NCBI GenBank assembly: GCA_965552135.1
Contig: CBEVQY010000007.1
Location: forward strand, 15,081-79,080
DNA from: an uncultured bacterium
Lineage (GTDB): Bacteria; UBP14; UBA6098; B30-G16
Length of the DNA stretch: 64,000 bases
Reading direction: 5' to 3'
The position numbers were made by a program, and so were the translations under genes. Below, one piece after another: positions 9,978 through 20,369 of this stretch. Below the pieces are notes generated by a model. It was not told the origin of the DNA. It saw only the letters and a program-made list of their open reading frames with translations, and did not search any database. Within the stretch, counting starts at the first letter, position 1; each line of letters starts with the position of its first letter.

Positions 9978-11396
9978 ATGGCTTGGCGCCCGCGACATCG
10001 GCTCCTGCGATCCGAGAGATCGCTTCTGCCGCAGCGGGGAAAGAAATGGTCGTTTCTTGCCGCTGCCCTCTTCCCTAACCGATACGCCGCCGCAATGTCT
10101 AACCTCGGCTTCCTCACGCTGTGGGAGGTGATGCACAGCTTCCCCCAGATCTTCCCGCAGAGGTTCTTCACCGACGTCCGCGGGTCGCTTGAGGAGGGGA
10201 GGGAGCTTAGTGCGTTTCCCGTCATCGCGGCGTCGATCTCCTACGAGATGGACTACATAAACCTCGTCTCTCTTTTGCGGCGCGGCGGCGTTGCCGTGCG
10301 CAGGAGGGAGAGGATGGATGCGCTTTTGATCGTTGGCGGCGCCGCACCGACCATAAACCCCATCCCGCTGGCGGAGGTCGCCGACGCCGTGTTCCTGGGC
10401 GAGGGGCGCGAGCACATCCAAAGGATCTTCGAGCTTGTATGCCGCCTCCGACCCGGTTTTGCCCCAAAGGACGAGATCCTGCGCGCCCTCTCCACCCTGC
10501 CAGGCGTATGGGTGCCGGCGCTCTCCCCAAAGCCGCCGGAGCGTGTGTCATCTGCGGAGACTCTGCCGCCGTCGTCGCCTGTCACATCGAGCCTCGCGGC
10601 GTTCCCGAACATGGTGCTCGTGCAGCTGCAGCGCGGATGCCCCTTCTCCTGCCCATTCTGCGCTACCCCCGTGATATACAACCCCTTCCTCAACTTCGAA
10701 GCCGATTCGGTTTTAGAAAGCGTTTCGCGCTGGGGGAGGCTTTCGCGGGTTGGGCTTGTCGGCTCGGCGATAGCTGAGTATCCGAAGCTTGCGGAGGTTG
10801 TCGACGAGCTGCAAAGCCGCGGGGCGGAGGTTTACACATCGTCTCTGCGCGCCGACCGGGTCGACGAGAGGGTTCTTTCCGCTCTCTCGCGCTCCGCGCA
10901 GAAAACGCTGACTTTCGCGCCCGAAGCCGCAGCCGGGCACCTGAAACGCACCATCGGGAAGGAGATAGACGCCCAGCTTGTCGTCGATGTGGCAAAAAGG
11001 CTTGCACCAAAGGAGCTCAAGCTCTACTACATCGTTGGTCTGCCGGGCGAGGACGAAGCCGACGTGGAGGAGATAGTGCGCGAGGTTAGGGCTGTGGCAT
11101 CGGCGCTTAAGGGGTGCTTTGTGGTGGTATCCGTCAATCCCTTCGTTCCCAAGCGCGGCACGCCCTGGGGCGAGGTGCCGATGGCGCCCCACGAAGAGCT
11201 TTTGAGGAGGTTTGAGATCGTAAGGTCTGGTCTTTCGGACGTTTTTGGCGTTCGCGTCGACGTGAACTACAGCCGCAGGCTGAGGCTTCAGTGGGCTTTT
11301 TCGTGCGGTGGGTTCGATGTGGCAGAGGCGCTCGCTTCGGCAAACTCAGCCGCCCAGCTTGCGAAAAAACTGCGCGAGGCAGGCTGGGACGTGTGA
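9978..11396 (+). CDS. Radical SAM protein (B12-binding-like N-terminus)
   Basis: [15 protein letters not shown] (CxxxCxxC), [22 protein letters not shown]. Confidence 0.88.
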   Translation: MAWRPRHRLLRSERSLLPQRGKKWSFLAAALFPNRYAAAMSNLGFLTLWEVMHSFPQIFPQRFFTDVRGSLEEGRELSAFPVIAASISYEMDYINLVSLLRRGGVAVRRRERMDALLIVGGAAPTINPIPLAEVADAVFLGEGREHIQRIFELVCRLRPGFAPKDEILRALSTLPGVWVPALSPKPPERVSSAETLPPSSPVTSSLAAFPNMVLVQLQRGCPFSCPFCATPVIYNPFLNFEADSVLESVSRWGRLSRVGLVGSAIAEYPKLAEVVDELQSRGAEVYTSSLRADRVDERVLSALSRSAQKTLTFAPEAAAGHLKRTIGKEIDAQLVVDVAKRLAPKELKLYYIVGLPGEDEADVEEIVREVRAVASALKGCFVVVSVNPFVPKRGTPWGEVPMAPHEELLRRFEIVRSGLSDVFGVRVDVNYSRRLRLQWAFSCGGFDVAEALASANSAAQLAKKLREAGWDV

Positions 11397-11461
11397 CAAA
11401 AATCCTTGCCAAAAAAGAAGGTTGGGATAAAATTGTTAGGGTCTTTTGTGGAGGGGTTGCG

Positions 11462-12085
11462 ATGCGCGACTGGGACGACTACAGCCAGCTCATCCCGTTC
11501 GTCATCGAGCAGACGGGTCGCGGTGAACGCGCATACGATATTTTCTCGCGCCTGCTTAAGGACAGGATCATCTTCCTCGGAACGACCATAACCGACCAGG
11601 TGGCTAACCTCGTTATAGCCCAAATGCTTTTCCTCGATGCCGAGGACCCGACGAAGCCGATATTTCTGTACATAAACTCCCCCGGCGGTTTTGTTACGGC
11701 GGGTCTTGCGATATACGACACGATGCAGTTTGTGAAGGCTCCCGTTGCGACGACGGTAGTTGGTCAGGCGGCTTCGATGGGTGCGGTTTTGCTCGCCGGC
11801 GGCGAGAAGGGCAGGCGCGCAGCGCTGCCCAACTCAAGGATAATGATCCATCAGCCCTGGGGCGGCGTCGAAGGACAGGTAAGCGATATCGAGATCCACA
11901 CAAGGGAGCTTCAGAGGATGAAGCGCCTGCTCAACGAGATCCTCGCCTACCACACAGGTCAACCCATCGAAAAGATCGAGCGCGACACCGACAGAAACTT
12001 CTTCATGTCGGCTCAAGAGGCGCTTGAGTACGGCATAATCGACAAAGTCTACGAGAGGCCCTCGGAGAAGGGGAAGTCCAGATAG
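11462..12085 (+). CDS. clpP: ATP-dependent Clp protease proteolytic subunit
   Basis: [36 protein letters not shown]. Confidence 0.97.
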   Translation: MRDWDDYSQLIPFVIEQTGRGERAYDIFSRLLKDRIIFLGTTITDQVANLVIAQMLFLDAEDPTKPIFLYINSPGGFVTAGLAIYDTMQFVKAPVATTVVGQAASMGAVLLAGGEKGRRAALPNSRIMIHQPWGGVEGQVSDIEIHTRELQRMKRLLNEILAYHTGQPIEKIERDTDRNFFMSAQEALEYGIIDKVYERPSEKGKSR

Positions 12086-12105
12086 GCTCACAGCGGAGGG
12101 AGGTT

Positions 12106-12432
12106 ATGCTTCTTTACATCCTCATAGCGCTTTTGGTTTTGAACGCGGCGGTTTTGATAATAGCGATATTGCTTCAGCCGCGCGGTCCGGGCGGGCTTTC
12201 GGCAGCCTTCGGCGGAGGCGGGTATGTTGGCGCCATATTCGGCGGCAGAGGCGGACTCGACTTCCTCACAAAGCTTACAGCCGTGCTTGCGCTTATCTTC
12301 GTCGTGCTGATACTTGTGATAAACGTTTACATCTCATCGCCGCGGGCGCCCAAAAGCCTTATGAAGCGCGAGGTCGTGCCAACAGCGCCCGCAGGTCAAA
12401 CGCAAACGCCAACCCAGCAAGGCGGCGAATAA
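12106..12432 (+). CDS. secG: Preprotein translocase subunit SecG
   Basis: Two TM helices flanking LLQ..G.GGL..AFGG...FLTKLT. Confidence 0.9.
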   Translation: MLLYILIALLVLNAAVLIIAILLQPRGPGGLSAAFGGGGYVGAIFGGRGGLDFLTKLTAVLALIFVVLILVINVYISSPRAPKSLMKREVVPTAPAGQTQTPTQQGGE

Positions 12433-12448
12433 GGCGGAGGGGGGAGAG

Positions 12449-13633
12449 ATGGCTCTGCACACAAGAAGGATAGTTTGGGAGGAGGACTGGGAGCGCAAGG
12501 AGCTTATCTGGCTTGCTCCCTACGCCACCTTCAGCTCCAAGAGCCGCGGTCGACACTACCCCGAGCCAAAACACCCCTATAGGCCGCCCTTCGAACGCGA
12601 CAGGGAAAGGATAATCCACTCGACCTCGTTCAGGCGGCTTCAGTACAAGACGCAGGTCTTCGTCAACCACGAGGGCGATCACTACCGGACGAGGATGAGC
12701 CACACCCTCGAGGTTGCGACGATAAGCAGAGCCATAGCGCGCGTTCTTTCGCTGAACGTCGACCTCGCCGAGGCGATAGCCCTCGCGCACGACCTCGGTC
12801 ACACGCCGTTCGGGCACACGGGGGAGCAGGTCCTAAACGAGCTTACGCAGGATATAGGGGGTTTTGAGCACAACAAGCAGTCGCTTAGGGTCGTCGAGTA
12901 CCTCGAGAGGCGATACCCCGACTTCCCCGGCCTCAACCTGACGTACGAGACGAGGGAGGGGATAATAAAGCACACGACGCGCTACGATCAGCCCGAGGAG
13001 GGGAGCCTTTTCTCCACCGAGGAGAAGATGCCGACCCTCGAGGCGCAGATCGTAAACGTTGCCGACGAGCTTGCATACACAACCCACGACATCGACGACG
13101 GTCTTCGCTCGGGTGTCTTCACAATCGATGAGCTTGCCCAGGGCTTCCCTCTGTGGAACGATATCCTTCGCGACGCGCGCAAGGTCGTTGGCGATGGCGA
13201 CCAGGACCTGCTCAGATCAGTGTGCGTAAGAAGACTTATCGACATCCTCGTCACCGATGCTTTGGAGGAGTCGGCGCGGAGGATCGAGAAGGCAAACCCC
13301 AAAAGCGTCGACGACGTAAGGAGGGCGAAGTTCCCCCTGATAGCCTTCTCGCCACAGATAGCTGAGCAGCTCCAGTATGCGGGAAAGTTCCTCTACGAGA
13401 ATATGTACAAGCACTACAAGGTGCTGCGGATGTCGACGAAGGCGAGGATAATAATCGAGGCGCTTTTTGAGGCATACCTCAGGGAGCCGAACCAGCTCCC
13501 CAAGGACACCCGAAAGAGGCTTGAGGACGAGCCGATAAAGCAGGTCGTCACCGACTACATAGCCGGCATGACCGATAGGTTCGCCATGCTTGAGTATAAA
13601 AAGCTTTTCGACCCTTACGAAAGACTGCTTTAG
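12449..13633 (+). CDS. dgt: Deoxyguanosinetriphosphate triphosphohydrolase-like HD protein
   Basis: RDRERIIHS..FRRLQYKTQVF, AHDLGHTPFGH, DYIAGMTD. Confidence 0.93.
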   Translation: MALHTRRIVWEEDWERKELIWLAPYATFSSKSRGRHYPEPKHPYRPPFERDRERIIHSTSFRRLQYKTQVFVNHEGDHYRTRMSHTLEVATISRAIARVLSLNVDLAEAIALAHDLGHTPFGHTGEQVLNELTQDIGGFEHNKQSLRVVEYLERRYPDFPGLNLTYETREGIIKHTTRYDQPEEGSLFSTEEKMPTLEAQIVNVADELAYTTHDIDDGLRSGVFTIDELAQGFPLWNDILRDARKVVGDGDQDLLRSVCVRRLIDILVTDALEESARRIEKANPKSVDDVRRAKFPLIAFSPQIAEQLQYAGKFLYENMYKHYKVLRMSTKARIIIEALFEAYLREPNQLPKDTRKRLEDEPIKQVVTDYIAGMTDRFAMLEYKKLFDPYERLL

Positions 13634-13641
13634 GAGGCGCT

Positions 13642-14343
13642 ATGGCTCAGAGGATAGACAGGCACGAGCTCAAACAGGATAAGCTTGCCAGCGACATCGC
13701 AAAGATTTACTCGTACGCGGCCGAAAACCCAACCAAGGTTTTGGTTTGGGTCGCCGTTGTCGTCGTCGTTGTCGTTGGGGTGATAGGCTACATAAGCTAC
13801 ACCCGAAGCATAAGGCGCGAGGCGCAGCTCAGACTATCCCTGGTCTACATCTTTATCGACACGGGCTCGTATCAGGAGGCGTTAGATACGCTTCGCTCCC
13901 TTGTCACAAACTACGGCAAGACCAAACAGGGCAAGCTTGCGCGCTACCTTTTGGGTCATATGTACTACGCCTTTGGTCAGCTCGACTCGGCGATCGCGGC
14001 GTACGAGGAGTACCTCTCCTACCCCGATGCCGACAGCGACCTTGCCGCCGCATGCCTTCTTGGGATAGGCGCGTGCTACGAGGAGAAAAGCCAGTACGAC
14101 AAGGCGATCGACTACTACAGGCGCGTTGTGGATGGGTATCCGGACTTCTTCCGTTCGGATGAGGCTTTTGCCTCGATGGCGCGGTGCTACGACGTCAAGG
14201 GCGAGAGGGAGGAGGCGCACAGGCTCTACAGGCAGTTTTTAGAGAGATACCCCGAAAGCCCCCTGCGCAACAGGGTGATAGTTCTTTTGGCGCGTATGGA
14301 GGCGGCGGGGGTTTTGGGATCCCAGGGACAAGCAGGGGGGTGA
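13642..14343 (+). CDS. Membrane-anchored TPR protein (YfgM-like)
   Basis: RHELKQD N-terminus, single TM, several TPR repeats. Confidence 0.8.
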   Translation: MAQRIDRHELKQDKLASDIAKIYSYAAENPTKVLVWVAVVVVVVVGVIGYISYTRSIRREAQLRLSLVYIFIDTGSYQEALDTLRSLVTNYGKTKQGKLARYLLGHMYYAFGQLDSAIAAYEEYLSYPDADSDLAAACLLGIGACYEEKSQYDKAIDYYRRVVDGYPDFFRSDEAFASMARCYDVKGEREEAHRLYRQFLERYPESPLRNRVIVLLARMEAAGVLGSQGQAGG

Positions 14344-14347
14344 CGCG

Positions 14348-14752
14348 ATGAGGACGAAGGATGCTTTTGGCTTTCTTAGGGATTTTGCTTCGCCGCGGAG
14401 GGGGTGCGGTGGCAGCTCCGTCCCGCCCCAGATCGACGCGGAGGAGATCGAGGAGGGGAAGTCGATGGCGGTGCTGGCGTACATCCCCGTCCTCTGCTTT
14501 GTGCCGTTCATACAGGGGCGCGAGTCCAACAGATTCGCCTACGAGCACGGAAAACAGGGCGTTTTGCTTTTCCTCTTCGAGGTGGTTGCACTTTTGGGCG
14601 CGCTTTTCTGGAAGGCGGCGCTCTTTCTGGCTGCAGTGGCGTCGGTGGTGGGGATCGTCTTCGTCCTGCAGGGAAAGCTTTGGAAGGTTCCCTTCATAGG
14701 CGAGCTTTCGGAGCGACTCGACTCCCCGCCCAAAAGCGAAGAGAAAACGTAG
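14348..14752 (+). CDS. DUF4870-like small membrane protein
   Basis: MAVLAYIP...FAYEHGKQG...WKVPFIG pattern. Confidence 0.7.
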   Translation: MRTKDAFGFLRDFASPRRGCGGSSVPPQIDAEEIEEGKSMAVLAYIPVLCFVPFIQGRESNRFAYEHGKQGVLLFLFEVVALLGALFWKAALFLAAVASVVGIVFVLQGKLWKVPFIGELSERLDSPPKSEEKT

Positions 14753-14819
14753 CAAAATCCCTTGCCCTGGGGAAGGCGGTGCGATAGTTTGGTCGAAAAA
14801 ACACCAAGGAGGGGAAGGA

Positions 14820-16034
14820 ATGAGGGGAAAGGTCTTCGCAGGCTTTGCTTTGTTTTTGCTTATGGTCTTCGTTTTGTCCGCGAAGGAGATAAGGGTCGGC
14901 GCCCTTCTGCCCCTTTCGGGAGCTGCCTCGTCGCTGGGCAAGCAGTCGCGTTTGGCGCTTGAGGTCGCCGAGGGCGAAATCAACGACTACCTCGCCAGCA
15001 TCAAAAGCGACTGGCGCGTTAAGGTCTTGGTCGAAGACACTCGATCCGAGCCAAACACCGCTTTGGAGAAGCTGCGCAAGCTCGCCAAGGAGGGCGTGCG
15101 TTTCGTCGTCGGTCCTATGACGAGCGGCGAGGTTGCAGCCGCAAAATCCTTCGCCGACAAAAACGGGATCATCCTCATCAGCCAGTCGAGCACCGCGCCT
15201 GATCTTTCCGTGCCAAACGACAACGTCTTCAGGCTCGTACCCGACGACAAGCACCAGGCTGAGGTCATAGCGCGGCTTATGGTGAAGGACGAGCTTAAGG
15301 TCGTTGTGCCGGTCTGGCGCAACGACATCTGGGGCAAGAACCTTTCGGCTGCGACGAAGGATTGGTTCGAGAAGCTGGGCGGCAGGGTCCTTGATGGCAT
15401 AAGCTACGACCCCGGCGCCAAGGATTTTTCGTCGGTTTTGGGCTCGCTTGAGGCGACGGTGTCGGATGCGGTCAAAAAATACGGCGCCGACGCCGTGGGG
15501 GTCTACCTAATATCCCTGAACGAGGCTGCCAAGATATTCGAGCAGGCTGGGAAGTTTGACGCGCTTTCCGGCGTCAAGTGGTACGGCAGCGACGGCACAG
15601 CGCTGAACAACGAGCTTATAAAGAACGCCTCCGCCGCCCAGTTCGCGCAAAAGGTTCGCTTCATAAACCCCCTCTACAGCGGCGACGTCACGGAGGAGAG
15701 GCTTAGGGTGGGCGAGCTTCTTAAAGGCAAGCTCGGTCGCGAGCCCGATACATATGCCTTTGTGGCGTACGATGCGCTTTGGCTTGTTGTTTTGACGGAG
15801 CTTGTTACTGGTGGCACCGACGAGCCCGGGGCGCTGCGACGCGCCTTCACCAGAACCGCAAACTCCTACTACGGCATAACCGGCTGGACGGGACTCAACG
15901 ACGCAGGCGACAGAGACTTCGGCGACTACAACTTCTGGACCATCTCCACCGACGGCGGCTCGCCCAAGTGGGAGTGTACCGCAAAGTTCCTCGCCGACCC
16001 GGCTATGGAGGGCGTCGTGATATACCTCAAGTAG
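14820..16034 (+). CDS. Branched-chain-amino-acid-type ABC substrate-binding protein
   Basis: Signal peptide, IRVGALLPLSG, VVGPMTS, FRLVPDD, YDALWL, GITGWTGLNDAGDR. Confidence 0.88.
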   Translation: MRGKVFAGFALFLLMVFVLSAKEIRVGALLPLSGAASSLGKQSRLALEVAEGEINDYLASIKSDWRVKVLVEDTRSEPNTALEKLRKLAKEGVRFVVGPMTSGEVAAAKSFADKNGIILISQSSTAPDLSVPNDNVFRLVPDDKHQAEVIARLMVKDELKVVVPVWRNDIWGKNLSAATKDWFEKLGGRVLDGISYDPGAKDFSSVLGSLEATVSDAVKKYGADAVGVYLISLNEAAKIFEQAGKFDALSGVKWYGSDGTALNNELIKNASAAQFAQKVRFINPLYSGDVTEERLRVGELLKGKLGREPDTYAFVAYDALWLVVLTELVTGGTDEPGALRRAFTRTANSYYGITGWTGLNDAGDRDFGDYNFWTISTDGGSPKWECTAKFLADPAMEGVVIYLK

Positions 16035-16593
16035 CTTTGGGCGGCCTTATCTTCGCCCTCCAAAGAGCCCTCGCAAGCGCGTAGGCAACGTAGCCCTTCA
16101 CGATGTCGAAGGGCAAAAAAGGTATCGCGCCTATGGAGATAGCCTGTCCGAGGGTGATCCTTTTTCCCGCGATGGCGCCTGCCCAAAGCATGATCCAGGC
16201 GACGCCGAGAGTGTAGACGGTGGCTGTTGCCGCTGCGATGGCGATCGTTGCGGTGCGCGGCGAGGGCTTGTTCTTCGATATCGCGCCCACCACAGCCGCA
16301 GCAACAGGGAAAGCGACGATGTAGCCGAAGGTGGGTCCTGCGACGACGGAGGGTCCTCCTTTGGCGCCTGCGAAGATCGGCAAGCCCGCAAGCCCCGCGA
16401 CGACGTAGACCGCCTGCGCCGCAGCACCGCAGGCCGGACCAAGGAAAAACCCCGAGAAAAACACACCCAAAAGCTGCATCGTCACGGGTATCGGAAGCGG
16501 GACGGTGATGAAGGCTCCTGCTGCGGTTATCGCCGCGCAGAGCGCAACGAAGGCAAGCCGCAGAAGCCTGGCTCTGTGGGGTGTGTGGGGCAC
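16027..16593 (-). CDS. bioY: Biotin transporter BioY
   Basis: PVTMQ, YVVAGLAGLPIFAG, GPTFGYI, PFLPFDIVK. Confidence 0.92.
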   Translation of the reverse strand: MPHTPHRARLLRLAFVALCAAITAAGAFITVPLPIPVTMQLLGVFFSGFFLGPACGAAAQAVYVVAGLAGLPIFAGAKGGPSVVAGPTFGYIVAFPVAAAVVGAISKNKPSPRTATIAIAAATATVYTLGVAWIMLWAGAIAGKRITLGQAISIGAIPFLPFDIVKGYVAYALARALWRAKIRPPKAT

Positions 16594-16643
16594 ACGTTAA
16601 AGTTCGCGCCTCTTTGGATTTGCGCAAGAGCCTTTTGGGAGCG

Positions 16644-17708
16644 TTAGTATTTCTGGGGCTCCTCCTTACCCGTGAGGACGCGCAGGGCGCCCAGCGCAAG
16701 CGCCTCCATCTCGTTCTCGCCGGGGAAGACGTGGACGGGCGCGATCCACTCCACCTTCTTCTTGACCCAGTCGATGAACCAGTCGGAGTGGGCGATGCCT
16801 CCGGTTATGATGATCGCGTCGACGTCGCCGTCGAGGACGGCAGCATAAGCGCCTATGTACTTCCCGATCTGATACGCCATCGCCCGCGCGTAGAACTCCG
16901 CATCCTTGTCGCCATCGTCGATCCTGCGCTTGACCTCGATCATATCGTCGGTGCCGATGTACGCCAGAAGCCCCCCGCGCTTTATGAGCTGGACCATAAC
17001 CTCCTTCTCGGAGTACTTTCCCGAGAAGCACAGCTTCGCAAGCCCGGTTATTGGGAGAGTTCCGCAGCGCTGGGGTGAGAATGGTCCTTCGTCGTTGGCG
17101 TTGTTTACGTCGACCATCCTCCCGCGCCTGTGCGCCGAAATCGTTATCCCGCCGCCGAGGTGGGCGATGACGAGGTTCATCTCCTCGTAGGGCTTTCCCA
17201 CCTGCTCGGCGAACTTCTTGGCGACCATCTTTATGTTTAGGGCGTGCCCCAGGCTCAAACGCGGTATCTCGGGATGCCCGGAAACCCTTGCGAGGTCGTC
17301 GAACTCGTCGACGCTTACGGGATCAACTATAAAGGCGGGTATCCCCAAGGGCTCGGCTATGTCGGCGGCAAGAAGGCAGCCTATGTTGCTTATGTGCTCC
17401 GCAAGAACCCGACCTTCCAAAACATCCCTCTTCATCTCCTCGGTGACGGGATAAGTTCCCGACCTGAGCGGCTTTATCGGTCCACCTCGCCCCACGACGG
17501 CGGAAAGGCTTTCGAGCTTTACGCCCCTCTCCTGCAAAACCCGCCTTATGACCCCGGCGCGAAACTGATACTGCTCGCGGTAGTCGTAGAACTTTGCAAG
17601 CTCGTCGGGGCTGTGCTTGATCGACTCCACAAAGACGGGCTTTTCGTCCTCGTAGAGCGCTATCTTAGTCGACGTCGACCCGGGGTTTATCGCGAGTATG
17701 CGGTACAT
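16644..17708 (-). CDS. buk: Butyrate kinase
   Basis: ILAINPGSTSTK, GRGG, VDPVSVDE, HALN, AHLGGGIT, PGENEMEAL. Confidence 0.95.
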   Translation of the reverse strand: MYRILAINPGSTSTKIALYEDEKPVFVESIKHSPDELAKFYDYREQYQFRAGVIRRVLQERGVKLESLSAVVGRGGPIKPLRSGTYPVTEEMKRDVLEGRVLAEHISNIGCLLAADIAEPLGIPAFIVDPVSVDEFDDLARVSGHPEIPRLSLGHALNIKMVAKKFAEQVGKPYEEMNLVIAHLGGGITISAHRRGRMVDVNNANDEGPFSPQRCGTLPITGLAKLCFSGKYSEKEVMVQLIKRGGLLAYIGTDDMIEVKRRIDDGDKDAEFYARAMAYQIGKYIGAYAAVLDGDVDAIIITGGIAHSDWFIDWVKKKVEWIAPVHVFPGENEMEALALGALRVLTGKEEPQKY

Positions 17709-18582
17709 AGTCGGGACCTCCTTTTGACGCAAGTTTTTCCTTGAACCTGCAGAACGCACACACTTCAAGGCTTGTGGGTTCGCCGCATCGGGCGCACTCG
17801 CGCAGTGGCGAACTCTCCGCCGCCCTGAAGAAATCGGACGAGGCTATGATCGAGTCCACAAATATCCTCCTGAAGTTCGGCTGCCAGCTTTCGATTTCGT
17901 ATATAGTTTCGTACCAGCGCCTTCTTTTGCGGTCGAGCCTGCGCTTGAGGGACACATACGGGCAGACCTCCTGCGCAAGATAGGGAAGACCAAGCTCTTT
18001 GCACACAAATTCGGTCTCGACAGAGCCTATCTCCATAAGGGGGCGTATGCGCGTAAGCTGCTTTGGGTGATCGCCGCGAAGCAGGGGTTTAAACTTCGAT
18101 ATCCACTCGAAGTTCCTGCCGAGGAAGTTTTTGAAGAAGAAGACTATGTAGTCGTCGGCGTGGTGCCCTGTGGCAAGCTTTGTGGCACCCATCTGCCGCG
18201 GAACCCTGTTGAGAAGATAGCGCTTTATCGTTCCGCACAGGCTGCAGATGGGGCGTCTGTCGCGGCGCGAAAGCTCCTCAAGCGAGATCTCATCCGCCAC
18301 GCTGAAAAGCTTTAGCGGTATTCCCAAAACCTCGCACTGCTTCTGCACGGTCTGGCGGACGATGCCTGAGCCCTCGAGGTCCCAGTCGAGGTGGAAGCCG
18401 ACGATTTCGGCGTCTATGCCGCGGCGGTCGACGAACTCCTTGAGGAAATACGCCGCCGCAAGGCTGTCCTTGCCGCCGCTCAGCCCCACGAAGACAACAT
18501 CGCCCCGCTCCACGAGGCGCCAACGCGATATGGTGCGGAAGACAACCCTGCTTATCGAATCTATATCGAGCTTCGACGACAT
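17665..18582 (-). CDS. tRNA 2-thiolation PP-loop ATPase (TtcA/TtuA/Ncs6 family)
   Basis: SGGKDS PP-loop, CSLC, ATGHHADD, RIRPL, C-terminal CxxC...CxxC zinc finger. Confidence 0.88.
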   Translation of the reverse strand: MSSKLDIDSISRVVFRTISRWRLVERGDVVFVGLSGGKDSLAAAYFLKEFVDRRGIDAEIVGFHLDWDLEGSGIVRQTVQKQCEVLGIPLKLFSVADEISLEELSRRDRRPICSLCGTIKRYLLNRVPRQMGATKLATGHHADDYIVFFFKNFLGRNFEWISKFKPLLRGDHPKQLTRIRPLMEIGSVETEFVCKELGLPYLAQEVCPYVSLKRRLDRKRRRWYETIYEIESWQPNFRRIFVDSIIASSDFFRAAESSPLRECARCGEPTSLEVCAFCRFKEKLASKGGPDYVPHTRDKPRVDVD

Positions 18583-18636
18583 GCCTCGTAAGAGATTACT
18601 CAATGAGCTTAAAATGTCAAGCCCTTTGGTTATGTA

Positions 18637-19452
18637 CTAAAGCTCCCACCTTATGCCCAAAAGTCCGCGTTTGCCGCAGGGGCGGATGGGCTGATCCTCG
18701 CGAAACACGTAGCCCCAAAAGAGGGACATTGCTCCGAACCTGCCGTAGTAGGCGAGTGCGACGTGCGCGTACTGCCTTTGGGTCACCCTGTGGTCCGTCT
18801 GGATCCACAGGGTTGGTCTGTATTCGAGCTCAAGCTGCGCCGGACCAAAGCCCGCCAAAGCCACCCTCACCTCAAGCCTTATCCTGTCCCAGAAGGGGTG
18901 CATGTACTGGAACCAGAAGGGCGATTTCGGTCGCGGGAAGAAGCCGAAGCCAAGGCACCAGTCGACCGAGGGCTTGAGCCAAAAGGATTTTGGCTGTCTG
19001 CGGATGATCCTGCGCCTTACGTCTTTGAGGTGGCTTTCGGGGGCGAAGACGAATTCGAAGAGGTTCCAGATTATCGTCGGCTCCGTCTTGCGGTCGACCT
19101 CGTGGAAGCAGTCGTGATACCAGAGGAACGAAAGGGTATATCCCCAAAGCGCGGCTCGTATGCCCGGCACAAGCGAGTAGTGCATGTCCCGCGGGTCGAA
19201 GATGATTTCCTCCTCCTGATACCCCATCCCCGTCCATATGGTGGTTCCGGCGCAGAGGGTGAGGCTTGCGTCGTCTCCGAAGGAGAGGGCGAGCATATCG
19301 ACCGAAAGGTCCACCATCCCCTCGGTGAAGAATCGCTGGTTTCGCGGGATATATCGCAAAAGGTGCGCCTCGCCGCGCCACTTCACGGGCGCGGAGACCT
19401 CGAGCCCAAAGGAAGCGCCCAAAAGCGCCAATGCCGCAAAAGCAAACCTCAT
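18637..19452 (-). CDS. Exported hypothetical protein, possible outer-membrane beta-barrel
   Basis: Signal peptide; amphipathic beta pattern ending GIRWEL. Confidence 0.6.
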   Translation of the reverse strand: MRFAFAALALLGASFGLEVSAPVKWRGEAHLLRYIPRNQRFFTEGMVDLSVDMLALSFGDDASLTLCAGTTIWTGMGYQEEEIIFDPRDMHYSLVPGIRAALWGYTLSFLWYHDCFHEVDRKTEPTIIWNLFEFVFAPESHLKDVRRRIIRRQPKSFWLKPSVDWCLGFGFFPRPKSPFWFQYMHPFWDRIRLEVRVALAGFGPAQLELEYRPTLWIQTDHRVTQRQYAHVALAYYGRFGAMSLFWGYVFREDQPIRPCGKRGLLGIRWEL

Positions 19453-20315
19453 CTCCCCTCAAACCAAAAGGTATATTCGGGCGAAAGGCAGAAGTACCTT
19501 CCGAAAGAGTTCACGTATGGCGTGAGCTTTCCTGGCTTTTTGTTGGCGTACCATCGCAGCACGTCGAACCCGGCGGTTACGCCGAAGAGGTTTTCGGCTA
19601 TCCCCCAGCCGGCGGGGTCTGTGGCAAGCGATGAGGAGAAGCCCACATAGAAGTAGCTGTAGGGTCGAACGACGACCTCGACCTTGAGGATGGAGTAGTT
19701 GTCGGTATGGGTAGATTTCCCCGGCGGCGGCTGCGGGACGTTGTCGGTAAAGACCTTCGGGAAGTCGGCTATCCGCCTGGCGAACACGTCGAGCCTGTCC
19801 CAGCGGCGAATGCCCACGCGAACATCGAGCGGAACGGAGTAGTGCTTCTTCACATACCAAAGCGCTATGCCGCCTACGTTGAACGCCTCGTCCCAGAGGG
19901 AAAGCCCCCATCTGTTCTCGCCGTCGGAGGCGTCCAGGATCTCTATCGCGCTCAGCGTGAGGAAGGTCATCCCCATAGCGCAAAGCTCGCAGTCCTTGCC
20001 GAAGTATCGCCTCAGGACCCAGTGGTGGAAGTCGGTTAGGTTTTCGCCGTTCCAGAGGTGCCAGAGCTTGTCCTCGAGGTATGGCTCTTGGTCGCGGATG
20101 TTTTTGAACGGGTTTTGCCCGAAGGCGTGCCTCCACCAGTACCTTGATGCGATGATCGGACCTGCGACGTACTCGAGGCTCAGCCAAAGCCACCCAACCC
20201 ACTGTGGTCCTATTTTCTGCTCGTTTTCTTGCGCGCAGTTTGCGCTCTTTTGTGTGCCCTGAGCGCACAGGACGGAGGCGACCAGGACGAAAGCTATAAC
20301 CAACGCCGGGCGCAT
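19449..20315 (-). CDS. Exported hypothetical protein (DUF2279/YfiM-like)
   Basis: Signal peptide; DKLWH, IEILD, WGLSLWDEAFNVGG motifs. Confidence 0.6.
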   Translation of the reverse strand: MRPALVIAFVLVASVLCAQGTQKSANCAQENEQKIGPQWVGWLWLSLEYVAGPIIASRYWWRHAFGQNPFKNIRDQEPYLEDKLWHLWNGENLTDFHHWVLRRYFGKDCELCAMGMTFLTLSAIEILDASDGENRWGLSLWDEAFNVGGIALWYVKKHYSVPLDVRVGIRRWDRLDVFARRIADFPKVFTDNVPQPPPGKSTHTDNYSILKVEVVVRPYSYFYVGFSSSLATDPAGWGIAENLFGVTAGFDVLRWYANKKPGKLTPYVNSFGRYFCLSPEYTFWFEGR

Positions 20316-20369
20316 CGGCGAAAATCTAAGCCCGAACGCGCCGCAAGGTCAAGGGGAAAGAGGGGAGCC